This document shows, piece after piece, positions 1 to 9,009 of a DNA stretch of 38,674 nucleotides (positions are counted from its first letter, which is position 1; every line of letters begins with the position of its first letter). The notes below the pieces were generated by a model. That model was given only the letters and a program-made list of their open reading frames with translations. It was not told where the DNA came from and ran no database searches. The position numbers and the translations under genes were made by a program. The DNA lies in NCBI GenBank assembly GCA_031282435.1, contig JAITDS010000015.1:1-38674 (forward strand), in the 5' to 3' direction. Source of the stretch: Spirochaetaceae bacterium (GTDB taxonomy: Bacteria; Spirochaetota; Spirochaetia; Treponematales; Breznakiellaceae).

Positions 1-257
1 AAGTTTTTTATTCGTCTATGCGCGTATTTCAATGCCTCAACCGTCTGCGCGGGGGTTTTGTCGTACGCTTCCAGAACGGTTTCCCTGTCCACCCGCACGG
101 TTCCTAAACGCGCCTTATCAAATTGTTCCGTGTAATCAAGCAGCGCTTTCTCGCCGCGGGCGCGGACATTGTTTATGATTTCACGCGCCGTCCGCGTAAG
201 TTCTTCATCCCGTCCCGCGGCTTTCTTATGCGCCTGTTTTATTAAATCTAAACCCAT
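1..257 (-). CDS. hisD: Histidinol dehydrogenase, first 85 codons only (gene runs off the left edge)
   Basis: Hand translation of the minus strand from ATG at 257-255 gives MGLDLIKQAHKKAAGRDEELTRTAREIINNVRARGEKALLDYTEQFDKARLGTVRVDRETVLEAYDKTPAQTVEALKYAHRRIKN. This fits the HisD N-terminal pattern (V..ARG..AL..Y...FDK ... A...I..F). It is absent from the ORF track because it is truncated. Confidence 0.75.
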   Translation of the reverse strand, partial: MGLDLIKQAHKKAAGRDEELTRTAREIINNVRARGEKALLDYTEQFDKARLGTVRVDRETVLEAYDKTPAQTVEALKYAHRRIKN

Positions 258-344
258 GACTCATTATACCCGTAAACCCCTATTCCCGCCAGTCCGCCGG
301 CCATCTGCCAGCGGGGTTTTCCGCTCTCATTCATAGAAAAAAGG

Positions 345-1658
345 TTAGAATTTACGAAGCAGTTCGAGGGGGCGGCTTTTTCCGGCGCGGCCGGCGCAAA
401 ACACGGATGAAACAACGGAGCATATAACGGTTAAACCGCCTATAAGCGCGACGGTTTTCCAGTCAACGATTACCGGTATATCTTGCAGATAGAAACCCGG
501 ATCAAGAATTTTTACAGCCTCGCCGTTCAACAGAGCGCTTACAAAACTAAGGGCCGATTCTAAAGCATGAATTATGCTGTTGATAGAACATCCAATCAAA
601 AGCCCAAAGGCTATTCCCGGCACCGCTCCGGCAATACCTGTTAAAAAGCCGCACCAAAGAAATATAAGACTTGTTTCGGCGGCGCTTGTACCGGCGGATT
701 TTAACACCGCAATATCACGTTGCCGCTCAATTACCAGCATTGATACCGCGGCGGATACATTGACGGCGGCCACAAGCACAATGAGCGCCATTATAAAAAT
801 AAGCATCTGCCGTGTAGACTCGTATGCGCTGTACTGCGCCCGCTGCAATTCGCGCCAAGTATACACGGAAAACACGCCGCCCAGCCTGCCGGAAATATCG
901 TAGGCCGCGTTCTCCACCGCGTCGTAAGGTTCGGTTATTTTTACAACAAGGAAATTTTGCGAAATCTCGCCGCTCAAAATACGCTTGCCCGCGTCGTAAG
1001 ATATGACGCACCACATCGCGTCCAATTCGTGGTAGCCAGACGAGACTATGCCTTTTACCGTGAATAGTGTGGTACGCGGTATCACAGAACCGTCGTCGTT
1101 CACGCGAAGCGTCATTAAACGCAGCGGGCCGCCGACCTTTGCTCCGGTTTCGCGGGCTATATCTTCGCCCAGCAATATTTCGTTATCCGCGTCTATAAAA
1201 CCTTCACCGTCTTTTACGGTAAGATAGCGCCGGCTGCCTTCATCCTGCCAAAACGATGTGTCAACAGCGCGGATAGATGCTCCTGTTTTCCCCGCGGTAG
1301 AAAGAATAACACCTATACCGTCTATCTCGCGCCAAACACCTTTAATGCCGGCCCAATCGGCGCGGGATGAAACCGGCGGGGAGGAAAGCAGCGAGGCGGC
1401 GGCATCCAGCGCCGTTGATACGTCTTGGACGGGAGCGCGGGGCCAAACTTGTAGGTGTCCTGTTCCTAATTCCAAAAACCGGTCGGTAATGCCCCGTATC
1501 ATGCCGTCCGCGACTATCAGCGTAACCATGATAGGTATCAAACTCAAAGCGATGCCGGCAGCCGCTCCCAGCAGATAGCGATTCCCGCTACCGCGTCCCA
1601 GCAAATAACGGAACGCTATAAAAAACAGCGGCTTAATTTCCCTGCTCCAGAAGAACAC
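345..1658 (-). CDS. LolC/LolE-family (FtsX/MacB-type) ABC transporter permease
   Basis: 437-aa ORF. It has an N-terminal FIAFRYLLGR motif plus a TM helix, a large periplasmic middle domain and a C-terminal FtsX-type TM bundle (VIERQRDIAVLKSAGTS). The GTG start overlaps the upstream ATPase gene by 26 nt. Confidence 0.85.
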   Translation of the reverse strand: MFFWSREIKPLFFIAFRYLLGRGSGNRYLLGAAAGIALSLIPIMVTLIVADGMIRGITDRFLELGTGHLQVWPRAPVQDVSTALDAAASLLSSPPVSSRADWAGIKGVWREIDGIGVILSTAGKTGASIRAVDTSFWQDEGSRRYLTVKDGEGFIDADNEILLGEDIARETGAKVGGPLRLMTLRVNDDGSVIPRTTLFTVKGIVSSGYHELDAMWCVISYDAGKRILSGEISQNFLVVKITEPYDAVENAAYDISGRLGGVFSVYTWRELQRAQYSAYESTRQMLIFIMALIVLVAAVNVSAAVSMLVIERQRDIAVLKSAGTSAAETSLIFLWCGFLTGIAGAVPGIAFGLLIGCSINSIIHALESALSFVSALLNGEAVKILDPGFYLQDIPVIVDWKTVALIGGLTVICSVVSSVFCAGRAGKSRPLELLRKF

Positions 1659-2319
1659 CGTCCGCCAGAATGTAACGGCGCGAGGCGCGTTCAGCCACGT
1701 CTTTGTCGTGCGTTACTACAATGAGTGTTTTACCTCGTTTTTCCGCCGATTCGTAAAGCAGGCTTGTTACAATGGCGGTGTTTTCTATATCAAGATTTCC
1801 CGTCGGTTCATCGGCGAGTATCACGGCGGGGTCGTTTATCATTGAACGCGCCACCGCCACGCGCTGGCGCTCGCCGCCGGAAAGCTGCTGCGGCAAGTGA
1901 TTCGCCCGCGCTTCCATGTTTACGTCGGCAAGCAGAAGCCGCGCTTTTTCCAGCGCCGTCTTTTTTGACATTCCGGCAATATAGGCCGGCAACATTACGT
2001 TTTCCAGCGCGGTAAAATCATTTAACAAATAATGAAATTGAAAAATAAAGCCCACGCTTACACGCCTGTAGCGTGTTAATTGTTTTTCCGCCAGTTTGTC
2101 AACACGATTGTCATCAACCATTACTTCGCCAGAGTCGGCGCGGTCAAGTCCGCCCAAAATGTTTAACAGGGTGCTTTTTCCGCTCCCGCTGCTGCCGGTG
2201 ATAGAAACGCTTGTTCCTTCTTCAATATCAAAGCTTAAACCGCGTAATATATGCAGAGTTTCCGCAGACGAACTGTAATCTTTAATCAGTGAACGCGCTT
2301 TTACGATTATTTTTCCCAT
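1633..2319 (-). CDS. lolD: Lipoprotein-release type ABC transporter ATP-binding protein
   Basis: Walker A GSSGSGKST, ABC signature LSGGERQRVAVARS and Walker B ILADEPTGNLD are present. The gene sits between two LolC/E-type permease genes. Confidence 0.9.
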   Translation of the reverse strand: MGKIIVKARSLIKDYSSSAETLHILRGLSFDIEEGTSVSITGSSGSGKSTLLNILGGLDRADSGEVMVDDNRVDKLAEKQLTRYRRVSVGFIFQFHYLLNDFTALENVMLPAYIAGMSKKTALEKARLLLADVNMEARANHLPQQLSGGERQRVAVARSMINDPAVILADEPTGNLDIENTAIVTSLLYESAEKRGKTLIVVTHDKDVAERASRRYILADGVLLEQGN

Positions 2320-2325
2320 GTTTTA

Positions 2326-3783
2326 CTACTCATAACGCAGAACTTCCGCCGGTTTAACGCTTAAGGCTTTTTTAGAGGCAGCCCAAGCGGCCAAAGCCGC
2401 CGATAAAAACCCGAATAAGAATATCAGCGCAATCTCGCCCGGTATCACACGCGATGGAATTTCTTTAATATAAAAAATCGCCGGAGAAAACACTGAAAAG
2501 TATTCGTCGTTGTTTCCGGTAATATTAGACAGTATGTTCAAAACAAAATTTACGCATGATTCTAAAAGCGTAAAAAATTGTTTAATATGTGTCGCTATTA
2601 AAAGCGCCGGTATCATTCCGGCAAGCGCTCCGGCGAAGCCAAGTATAACGCCGTTAAGCGCGAATACGCATCTAATATCAAGTTCGCTTGCGCCGACAGA
2701 GCGCAACAGGCCTATCTCGTTTCGCTTTTCCAGCACTATTCTGCGCTGCCCTTGAAATATATTCAGCGCTACGACAATAAAAATCAAGCCTACAAGCACA
2801 AACATCATCAATTTTTCAGTCCTAAGCGCGCCGAAAAACGCTTTATTGTAATCGCGCCATGTGGATACACGCGGTTTTTCATTTTCGGATAAGCCGGATT
2901 TCGCTATAATCCCGTTTATTTGGTCAAGCGGCGCATCCAGATTCCATCGGTCTTTTAATTTTATGCCGAGTGTAAAAGTACCGGCATCCGAATAAAGCGC
3001 GGCGGCGTCAATATTTACAAAGGCCCAGTCAGCATCGTATTCATAAAAACCGGTGCGAAAAATTCCGGCTACGGTAAACACGTTATCTTCGTTATCGTCT
3101 AATGCGGCATCCGGGGAGACATCCGCTGTAACGGACGGCAGAATATTCGCGATAGAAATAAATTCTATTTTATCGCCAAGATTAGCGGAAAGACGCGCCG
3201 CGGTTTCGGCCCCCAGCAGTATCGTGCTTTTATCCGCAAGGTTGAAGTTTCCTTGCTCAATGCTGATTTTTGAGGCCATGCCTTTATCTTTTAAAAGGGC
3301 ATCGGCAGGCAGCGCCCGCAGCACTCCGAGAACGGGCCGGCCCATCCTGCCTACGACGTCGCGCCGGAGTATCCCTTTGATTTCACGGAACGGCACCGCC
3401 GAGGAAACGCCGTCTACTTGCTTTATTCTTTCTAGTGTATCGAGTTTGTCTGCCGGAAATGAATCTATCCTGATATGATAGGACGAGACTTCGAGTATCG
3501 CTTCGATAAACCCAAGTTGAAAGCCGTTCATCACGGCGATTATAACGGTCAGCGCCAGCACGCCTACCGCGATTCCAAGCGCCGGCAACACCGAGCTTGC
3601 CTTGGAACGTCCGTCTTTTTTTCGTATATACCGGAACGCTACAAAACCTATCCACAAAGGTATGGCGCTTGTTTGTCCCTGTTTTATTTCCCCGTTCGAT
3701 TTTTTTAACAACAGTCTATATTTCCTCCACTTATTATCGGCTTTCACTTCCCCTATTTCAACCCCGCCGCCGGTTGGCAACAA
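2326..3783 (-). CDS. LolC/LolE-family ABC transporter permease (start uncertain)
   Basis: The 485-aa maximal ORF carries FVAFRYIRKK near the N-terminus and a C-terminal FtsX domain (LEKRNEIGLLRSVGAS). The ORF opens on TTG at 3783 inside a repeated motif. A GGAGG at 3728-3724 suggests the real start is CTG/TTG at 3714/3711. Confidence 0.8.
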   Translation of the reverse strand: MLPTGGGVEIGEVKADNKWRKYRLLLKKSNGEIKQGQTSAIPLWIGFVAFRYIRKKDGRSKASSVLPALGIAVGVLALTVIIAVMNGFQLGFIEAILEVSSYHIRIDSFPADKLDTLERIKQVDGVSSAVPFREIKGILRRDVVGRMGRPVLGVLRALPADALLKDKGMASKISIEQGNFNLADKSTILLGAETAARLSANLGDKIEFISIANILPSVTADVSPDAALDDNEDNVFTVAGIFRTGFYEYDADWAFVNIDAAALYSDAGTFTLGIKLKDRWNLDAPLDQINGIIAKSGLSENEKPRVSTWRDYNKAFFGALRTEKLMMFVLVGLIFIVVALNIFQGQRRIVLEKRNEIGLLRSVGASELDIRCVFALNGVILGFAGALAGMIPALLIATHIKQFFTLLESCVNFVLNILSNITGNNDEYFSVFSPAIFYIKEIPSRVIPGEIALIFLFGFLSAALAAWAASKKALSVKPAEVLRYE

Positions 3784-3810
3784 TTCCGGTTTCGGGAAAA
3801 TTCAAGGTTT
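3782..3810 (+). repeat. Copy 1 of a 29-nt motif AATTCCGGTTTCGGGAAAATTCAAGGTTT
   Basis: It is 28/29 identical to 8527-8555. An 18-nt core recurs inverted at 15550-15567. In all three cases it lies upstream of, and in the same orientation relative to, the adjacent gene. Confidence 0.6.
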
Positions 3811-3856
3811 TAAATGATTTATAGGTAATGTGCTAAACTTGTTGTAACTATTCAGT

Positions 3857-3870
3857 GGGGGGGAGGGGGG
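3857..3870 (+). repeat. G7-A-G6 tract
   Basis: Read directly as GGGGGGGAGGGGGG. It forms the left border of a 188-bp segment whose right border is the G14 tract at 4059-4072. Confidence 0.9.
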
Positions 3871-3918
3871 AATTCGCGGCAATTTGCCGCGGCAAATTGC
3901 CGACCACACGCTACAGCC

Positions 3919-3990
3919 CCGCCCAAGTCTTTCAAGCGGAAGCCGGCCAAGCCATGCGGCTTACGGAAACTGAAATTCCCAAACAGTTCT
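3919..3990 (+). mobile_element. Degenerate fragment of the MITE-like family (see 24736, 28825, 11840)
   Basis: CGCCCAAGTCTTT...AAGCGGAAG...GGAAACTGAAATTCCCAAACAGTTCT aligns by eye with CGCCCAAGTCTTTGC...TTAAGCGGAAGTTGTTCGGAAACTTGAGGTTTCCGAACAACTCT of the intact copies. Confidence 0.4.
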
Positions 3991-4058
3991 ATATAACTCA
4001 TGTTACGCAAGTCAAGCGAAAGTCGGGCCGCAAATCTTAAATGGCCGTAAACCGCGCC

Positions 4059-4072
4059 GGGGGGGGGGGGGG
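4059..4072 (+). repeat. G14 homopolymer tract (C14 on the coding strand of the neighbouring genes)
   Basis: Counted directly. It starts immediately 3' of the stop codon of the HAD hydrolase gene and lies about 290-350 nt upstream of the lolC-like gene. Confidence 0.9.
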
Positions 4073-4903
4073 CTATATTCCGGCCTGAGAGCCTTTCAGC
4101 ACATATTGTTCAATCACGCGGGCAAGTCCGTCTTCATCATTTGAAGTTCCGGTAATAAGCTGGGCGGCCTTTTTTATTCGCTCGTCGCCGTTGCACATGG
4201 CAATTCCTAAACCGGCCCAGCGTATCATGGCCTCGTCGTTCATCGAGTCGCCCGCCGCCATCACCGCCCCACGCTCTATCCCCAGCCGCGCCGCGACTTT
4301 GGCAAGGGCCGTTCCCTTATCGGTGGCGGGCGGCAGTATTTCAAGATAGTATGGTTTGCTTGTAAAAATAGTTACCTCATCCCCGACAAAATTCCGCAGT
4401 ATCACCTCTAACTGCCTCAGTAACATTGGGTCGCCGGGTATAACAAGTTTATGGCAGTCTTTCGTTATCATCTCTCTAAAATTATCAGGAATAGTCTGAT
4501 TTACGCCTGTAAGTTTTTTTTCATAAATGGCAAATTCATTCATACGCGAAACATAAACAACATCGTCTTCATGAATTTGGACGGCAAAACCTTCCGCGTC
4601 GGCCATATCAAAAGCGGCAAGAGCAGGTTTCGGCGGCAGAATAACTTGGTCAATTATTCTGCCGGTACCTGTTTCCTGTATTAACGCGCCGTTACCGCAT
4701 ATCAGGCAACTGTTATCCTTTTGCAAGGATAACAGTTTTGCGTAATGAGACATTGATTTATATGTGCGTCCTGAAGCGAGAACCACTTTGATGCCCGCCG
4801 CGATACAGCGTTTTATCGCCTTTCGCGTCCGGAACGAAATGCTTAAATCCGTTCTCAACAAAGTATCGTCAAGATCCAATGCAATCAGGCGTATAGCTTC
4901 CAT
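4073..4903 (-). CDS. Cof-type HAD-IIB family sugar-phosphate phosphatase
   Basis: HAD motif I ALDLDDTLL, ASGR, and motif IV GDSMNDEAM are present, at the 276-aa length typical of Cof/YidA-like proteins. The start lies 7 nt after the oadB stop, so it is probably co-transcribed. Confidence 0.8.
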   Translation of the reverse strand: MEAIRLIALDLDDTLLRTDLSISFRTRKAIKRCIAAGIKVVLASGRTYKSMSHYAKLLSLQKDNSCLICGNGALIQETGTGRIIDQVILPPKPALAAFDMADAEGFAVQIHEDDVVYVSRMNEFAIYEKKLTGVNQTIPDNFREMITKDCHKLVIPGDPMLLRQLEVILRNFVGDEVTIFTSKPYYLEILPPATDKGTALAKVAARLGIERGAVMAAGDSMNDEAMIRWAGLGIAMCNGDERIKKAAQLITGTSNDEDGLARVIEQYVLKGSQAGI

Positions 4904-4910
4904 AATTCAA

Positions 4911-6377
4911 TTAACCGCCATAACAAGCTATCATAACACCCGCCGCGATAGCGGTGCCTATAACGCCGGCTACGTTTGGCCCCATGGCGTGCATCAACAA
5001 AAAGTTGCCCGGATCCGACTCAAGGCCAACCTTGTTGGATACGCGGGCCGCCATCGGCACCGCGGAAACTCCGGCGGAACCGATAAGCGGGTTGATTTTT
5101 TCTTTCAGGAACAGGTTCATAAACTTTGCTACCAAAAGGCCGGCGGATGTAGCGACGCAGAACGCTATCAATCCCAGCGCGACTATCGAAAGAGACGACG
5201 GGTTTAAGAATTTTTCCGGCGTCATCTGACTGCCTACGCCAAGCGAAAGCAGTATTGAAACTATGTTCATCATTTCGTTTTGCAGGGTTTTTGAAAGGCG
5301 TTCTACCATGCCGCATTCTCTGATAAAGTTGCCAAACATCATACAGCCGATAAGCGGCGCGGCGGGCGGAAGCAGCAGTATCGACAGCGAAAATACGATA
5401 AGCGGGAATAATATTTTTTCCGTCTTGGAAACGTGGCGCAACTGCTTCATTCTGATGAGTCTTTCGCTTTTTGTGGTGAGCGCCCTCATGATAGGCGGCT
5501 GAATCATAGGCACGAGCGCCATATACGAGTAAGCGGCGACCGCGACCGTGGCAAGCAATTCAGGCGCGAGTTTTGCGGAAATGTAAATTGTCGTAGGCCC
5601 GTCCGCGCCGCCGATGATGGCAATAGCGCAGGCTTCCTTCAGTGTAAAATCAACGCCGGGTATCAAGTTCATCGCGGTAACGCCGAACATTGTGCCGAAC
5701 ACGCCGAACTGGGCGGCGGCGCCTAACAGCGCGGTCTTTGGATTGGCGATGAGCGGGCCAAAGTCCGTCATCGCTCCTATGCCCATAAAGATAATCAGCG
5801 GGAAAAATTCATTGCCTACGCCGGCTTCATAGATTATGTGCAGGAAACCGTGCGGGCCTTCGCCCATACCGGCAAACGGCACGTTTACAAAAATCGTGCC
5901 GAAACCAATCGGTATGAGCAGCAACGGTTCAAAATTTTTAGCCGCCCCAAGCCATACTATAACAAAGCCGACAATAACCATTATCAGTTCCTGCCAGCCA
6001 AACACCACCGTTGTGTCGCCGCCCGGTGTCAGCATCTTTCTAGCATCGTTGAAGAAGGCGTATATGCCGGTTGTTTCAGCAATGTTCCGTATAAAAGACG
6101 ACAGTGAAATCAACGGGATTTCGCCGTTTTCGGTGCCTTTTATAAGTCCGTCCATATTACGGTAGGATGCCTCGCCATAAGCGCCGCCATTCACGATTTC
6201 GTCAATTATGACCTCATCAATTATAACTTCATCAACTATGCCGCCGCTTGCGGCATCCGGAGACTGGGCGTTCACCCGCGTTGCAAAAGAAAGCGCCAAC
6301 GACACCGCCATAGCGCTTATCAGTATTGTAAAACATATTTTTGTTACCCAAACCGGGTCTTTTTTGAAACTAAGCAT
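4911..6377 (-). CDS. oadB: Na+-translocating oxaloacetate decarboxylase beta subunit, with an N-terminal extension
   Basis: The polytopic C-terminal ~375 aa ([32 protein letters not shown]) match the decarboxylase beta-subunit family. An extra ~110 aa at the N-terminus carries a signal-like TM helix and the acidic repeat [15 protein letters not shown]. Confidence 0.85.
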   Translation of the reverse strand: MLSFKKDPVWVTKICFTILISAMAVSLALSFATRVNAQSPDAASGGIVDEVIIDEVIIDEIVNGGAYGEASYRNMDGLIKGTENGEIPLISLSSFIRNIAETTGIYAFFNDARKMLTPGGDTTVVFGWQELIMVIVGFVIVWLGAAKNFEPLLLIPIGFGTIFVNVPFAGMGEGPHGFLHIIYEAGVGNEFFPLIIFMGIGAMTDFGPLIANPKTALLGAAAQFGVFGTMFGVTAMNLIPGVDFTLKEACAIAIIGGADGPTTIYISAKLAPELLATVAVAAYSYMALVPMIQPPIMRALTTKSERLIRMKQLRHVSKTEKILFPLIVFSLSILLLPPAAPLIGCMMFGNFIRECGMVERLSKTLQNEMMNIVSILLSLGVGSQMTPEKFLNPSSLSIVALGLIAFCVATSAGLLVAKFMNLFLKEKINPLIGSAGVSAVPMAARVSNKVGLESDPGNFLLMHAMGPNVAGVIGTAIAAGVMIACYGG

Positions 6378-6382
6378 TTACG

Positions 6383-8176
6383 TTATCCAATCTGCGCCAA
6401 AGGCTGTTGGGCCTGCACCGCTTGTCCGGCCGGTACAAGGAAATGTACTTTACCTGACGCGGTCGCCTTTATTTCAAGTTCCATTTTCATTGATTCGATG
6501 ATGATGATTGTATCGCCCGACGCAACGGAGGCTCCTTCCGCTACCGTGTGCTTCAACAAAGTTCCCGCTACCGGAGCGTTAATCACCGTACCGCCGGACG
6601 GGGCCGGAACCGCCTGAGGAGTTGGGGCGGCGGGAGCAGATGAGGCCGCCGCGCCCGCCGCCGGAGCCGCGGGCGCTATCGCCAGCGTCCCTTCGGGACG
6701 CACCTGAACGTGATAGTCCGCGCCGTTTACATTTACGATGTAAGCCGATGCGGTTTCCACCGCGCTTCCCGCGCCGCTCGCCGCTTTTGCCGCCTGATCT
6801 TTGGAAGCCGCCGCAAACGCGCTGCTGGACACGGGACCGGAAGCCCTTTCCTTAAAGAATTTCGGCGCAACCTGCGGGAACATGGCAAATGTGAGTATGT
6901 CCTCAACATTATTCGCGCCGGCTACTTTCGCCTCTTTTTCAATTTTTTCAAACTCGTTTGGAATATCGTCCGCGGGACGGGCCGTTAAAACGGCGTCATA
7001 TTTATTCTGTTCAAGCGCTTTTTTAACTAAATCCGGGTTTGGCGCGGCGGGAAGCGCTCCATAGCGGCCTGTAACCAAATCGGCTGTTTCGGTAGTAATC
7101 TTTGCGTACCTGCCGAACAACACGTTGAATACCGCCTGCGTCCCTACAATCTGGCTTGTGGGCGTTACCAGTGGCACATAACCGCAGTCTTTCTGCACAA
7201 CGGCAATTTCTTTAAGCACGTCGTCAATTTTGTCCTGCGCGCCCTGTTCTTTTAACTGCCCTTCAAGGTTGGAGAGCATACCACCCGGCACTTGTGATAC
7301 GAGTATCCGCGTGTCCGCCCCAAGGAAGCTGGATTCAAATTTGGCGTATTTTTTGCGTATTTCGCGGAAATAAGCGGCGATTTTTAACAGAGACTTGGTA
7401 TCGAGTCCGGTATCGTACTCCGTTCCTTTGAACATTTCAACAACGGTTTCCGTAGGACTGTGGCTTGTACCCATAGACATAGAAGAAATAGTTGTATCAA
7501 GCAGTTCAGCCCCCGCCTCGGCGGCCTTTAACAGTGTCGCTACGGAAAGCCCTGTGGTAGAATGTGTGTGTATGTCAATAGGAATGCCGGTTTTAGCTTT
7601 CATGGCTTTTATTAGTTCGTAGGCTTCGTAGGGTTTAAGAAGACCGGACATATCTTTAACGCAAATCGAATCCGCGCCGAATTCGGCGTATTTTTTGGCA
7701 AGATCCGCGTAAATTTCTTTAGTATGATAGGGCGTTGTGGCGTAAGAAATCGCCATTTGTACGTGCTTGCCCGTTTTTTTAGCGGCATCCGCGGCGCGTT
7801 TAAGGTTTCGCGGGTCGTTGCAGGCATCAAAAATACGAAATACGCCGACCCCGTTCTCCGCCGCCTTTTCGACAAACTTATCTACAATGTCATCCGCGTA
7901 GTGCCGGTATCCAAGCAGGTTTTGCCCGCGCAGCAACATCATAATCGGAGTGTTCGGCAGCCCTTTCTTTAAGGTACGCAAACGCTCCCACGGGTCTTCG
8001 TTCAGAAAACGTATACATGAGTCAAACGTCGCTCCGCCCCATGCTTCCAGCGACCAATATCCAATTTTATCGAGCATATCTAAAGCGCCCGCCATATCCG
8101 CCGTTGTCATACGTGTCGCAATCAGGGACTGATGGGCATCCCTTAAAACCAAATCGTTTAGCCTAATTTTTGCCAT
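6383..8176 (-). CDS. oadA: Oxaloacetate decarboxylase alpha subunit (carboxyltransferase plus biotin carrier domain)
   Basis: The N-terminus LRDAHQSLIATRM and the following sequence resemble the carboxyltransferase TIM barrel. An Ala/Pro-rich linker follows. The C-terminal biotinyl domain has an IIIIESMKMELEI (EAMKM-type) motif. Confidence 0.9.
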   Translation of the reverse strand: MAKIRLNDLVLRDAHQSLIATRMTTADMAGALDMLDKIGYWSLEAWGGATFDSCIRFLNEDPWERLRTLKKGLPNTPIMMLLRGQNLLGYRHYADDIVDKFVEKAAENGVGVFRIFDACNDPRNLKRAADAAKKTGKHVQMAISYATTPYHTKEIYADLAKKYAEFGADSICVKDMSGLLKPYEAYELIKAMKAKTGIPIDIHTHSTTGLSVATLLKAAEAGAELLDTTISSMSMGTSHSPTETVVEMFKGTEYDTGLDTKSLLKIAAYFREIRKKYAKFESSFLGADTRILVSQVPGGMLSNLEGQLKEQGAQDKIDDVLKEIAVVQKDCGYVPLVTPTSQIVGTQAVFNVLFGRYAKITTETADLVTGRYGALPAAPNPDLVKKALEQNKYDAVLTARPADDIPNEFEKIEKEAKVAGANNVEDILTFAMFPQVAPKFFKERASGPVSSSAFAAASKDQAAKAASGAGSAVETASAYIVNVNGADYHVQVRPEGTLAIAPAAPAAGAAASSAPAAPTPQAVPAPSGGTVINAPVAGTLLKHTVAEGASVASGDTIIIIESMKMELEIKATASGKVHFLVPAGQAVQAQQPLAQIG

Positions 8177-8208
8177 TAAATTATCTCCTATTAAAAAATA
8201 CTTAAAAT

Positions 8209-8454
8209 TTATGCTCTGCGGCGGGTATTAACCGCCGCTGTTATTGCCGCGACAACCGCGCCGTCTATCCCGCCCGCTACGGCGGTTTTTTGTGAAACAT
8301 TATCCGCCTGAACATCATTATCCAATCTTAAAGCGTGAATCACCCGCCCCGCGACAGTAATTACGATAGTCAAAATGATAAGGAATCCAAAAACCACGCC
8401 CATACCTAGCATAGTAAGAGCGCCGCTTTGAGCGAACATTTCTGATATTGTCAT
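8209..8454 (-). CDS. oadG: Oxaloacetate decarboxylase gamma subunit
   Basis: 81 aa: MTISEMFAQSGALTMLGMGVVFGFLIILTIVITVAG..., with a single TM helix. A GGAGG lies 5 nt upstream of the ATG at 8454. The track ORF 8209..8856 over-extends through intergenic repeats. Confidence 0.7.
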   Translation of the reverse strand: MTISEMFAQSGALTMLGMGVVFGFLIILTIVITVAGRVIHALRLDNDVQADNVSQKTAVAGGIDGAVVAAITAAVNTRRRA

Positions 8455-8526
8455 AAAACCTCCAAGACTTTTACTATTATATTGAAAATTAAGCGTTTGG
8501 TATAGTGGAGTGTTCGTTTTCAAAGC

Positions 8527-8555
8527 AATTCCGGTTTCGGGAAGATTCAAGGTTT
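8527..8555 (+). repeat. Copy 2 of the 29-nt motif (AATTCCGGTTTCGGGAAGATTCAAGGTTT)
   Basis: 28/29 identical to 3782-3810. It lies about 75-100 nt upstream of oadG. Confidence 0.6.
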
Positions 8556-8583
8556 GGCATGATTTCAACAGTATATGAGCGAC

Positions 8584-8730
8584 TCTTTTTTTCATTTTGG
8601 GCGCATTTTCACGCCGCTTTAGCGGCGCAAAAACCGCGCTTTTCGGGGCTACGCGCTTTCGCGCTCCGGCCACGCCGCCCCTACGGGGCGCCGTGTCTTG
8701 CTTCGCAACCCCTACAATCGCTTGCGCGGC
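8584..8730 (+). repeat. REP-like multi-hairpin element, copy 1
   Basis: GGGCGCATTTTCAC-hairpin-AAAACCGCGCTTTTCGGGG..GCGCGCTTTCGCGC..CACGCCGCCCC-loop-GGGGCGCCGTG..ACCCCTACAATCGCTTGCGCGG. This sequence is shared with 7 other loci in the window. Confidence 0.85.
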
Positions 8731-8762
8731 TTGCAAAAACTGAAGTTTTTGAACCACTATAA

Positions 8763-8807
8763 TGAACCTCCCCGCCGCAAGCGGCGGGGTATTAAACCCT
8801 ACTGCGA
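8763..8807 (+). repeat. Hairpin unit GAACC-stem-loop-stem-GTATTAAACCCTACTGCGAA
   Basis: TGAACCTCCCCGCCGCAAGCGGCGGGGTATTAAACCCTACTGCGAAA. It is related to the two hairpin units at the ends of the adjoining 166-bp repeat but has a different stem sequence. Confidence 0.6.
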
Positions 8808-8973
8808 AATGAACCACCTCGCGGCAAGCCGCGAGGTATCTTGTAGGCGTTGACATTATTTACGTGGTTCGTTCTGTAAGGAAATTATTTAACTGTGGGG
8901 TCTACTACCATTTTTTATTTGGCGTTACCAACTCGAACCGCCCTAAAGGGCGGGGTATTAGACCCCACTGCGA
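8808..8973 (+). repeat. 166-bp repeat, copy 1
   Basis: It is colinear with 38509-38674 at a constant offset of 29701, with no indels and 4 mismatches by eye. It begins AATGAACCACCTCGCGGCAAGCCGCGAGGTATCTTGTAGGCG and ends GAACCGCCCTAAAGGGCGGGGTATTAGACCCCACTGCGA. Confidence 0.85.
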
Positions 8974-9009
8974 ATAAACGCAGTCGATTTTCAGTTCAAA
9001 ATTTCGTAT

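Noticed and set aside
4010-4058. GAAAGTCGGGCC resembles the conserved GGAAAGTCCGGGC of RNase P RNA.
   Set aside because: The surrounding intergenic DNA is only about 290 nt and lacks the other conserved RNase P regions. The segment resembles MITE-family fragments instead.
8455-8856. The track ORF 8209..8856 (215 aa) suggests a much longer protein than the 81-aa OadG.
   Set aside because: The extra 134 codons translate the REP-like element and hairpin units (peptides such as APRRGGVAGARKRVAPKSAVFAPLKRR recur in other repeat-derived ORFs). The internal ATG at 8454 has a GGAGG SD and gives a canonical single-TM gamma subunit.
8763-8973. A possible mini-CRISPR array, because the hairpin units resemble CRISPR repeats (CCCCGCCGCAAGCGGCGGGG followed by TATTAAACC).
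   Set aside because: The units differ in stem sequence. Two are directly adjacent without a spacer and the third is 121 nt away. An inverted partial unit is present. No cas genes are in the window.
8900-8973. A tRNA-like sequence on the minus strand of the 166-bp repeat (GGTTCGAGT resembling a T-loop, GGGGTCTAATACCCC resembling an anticodon arm).
   Set aside because: There is no acceptor stem and no complementary T-stem. Loop position 33 is C rather than U. The spacing does not fit a cloverleaf.
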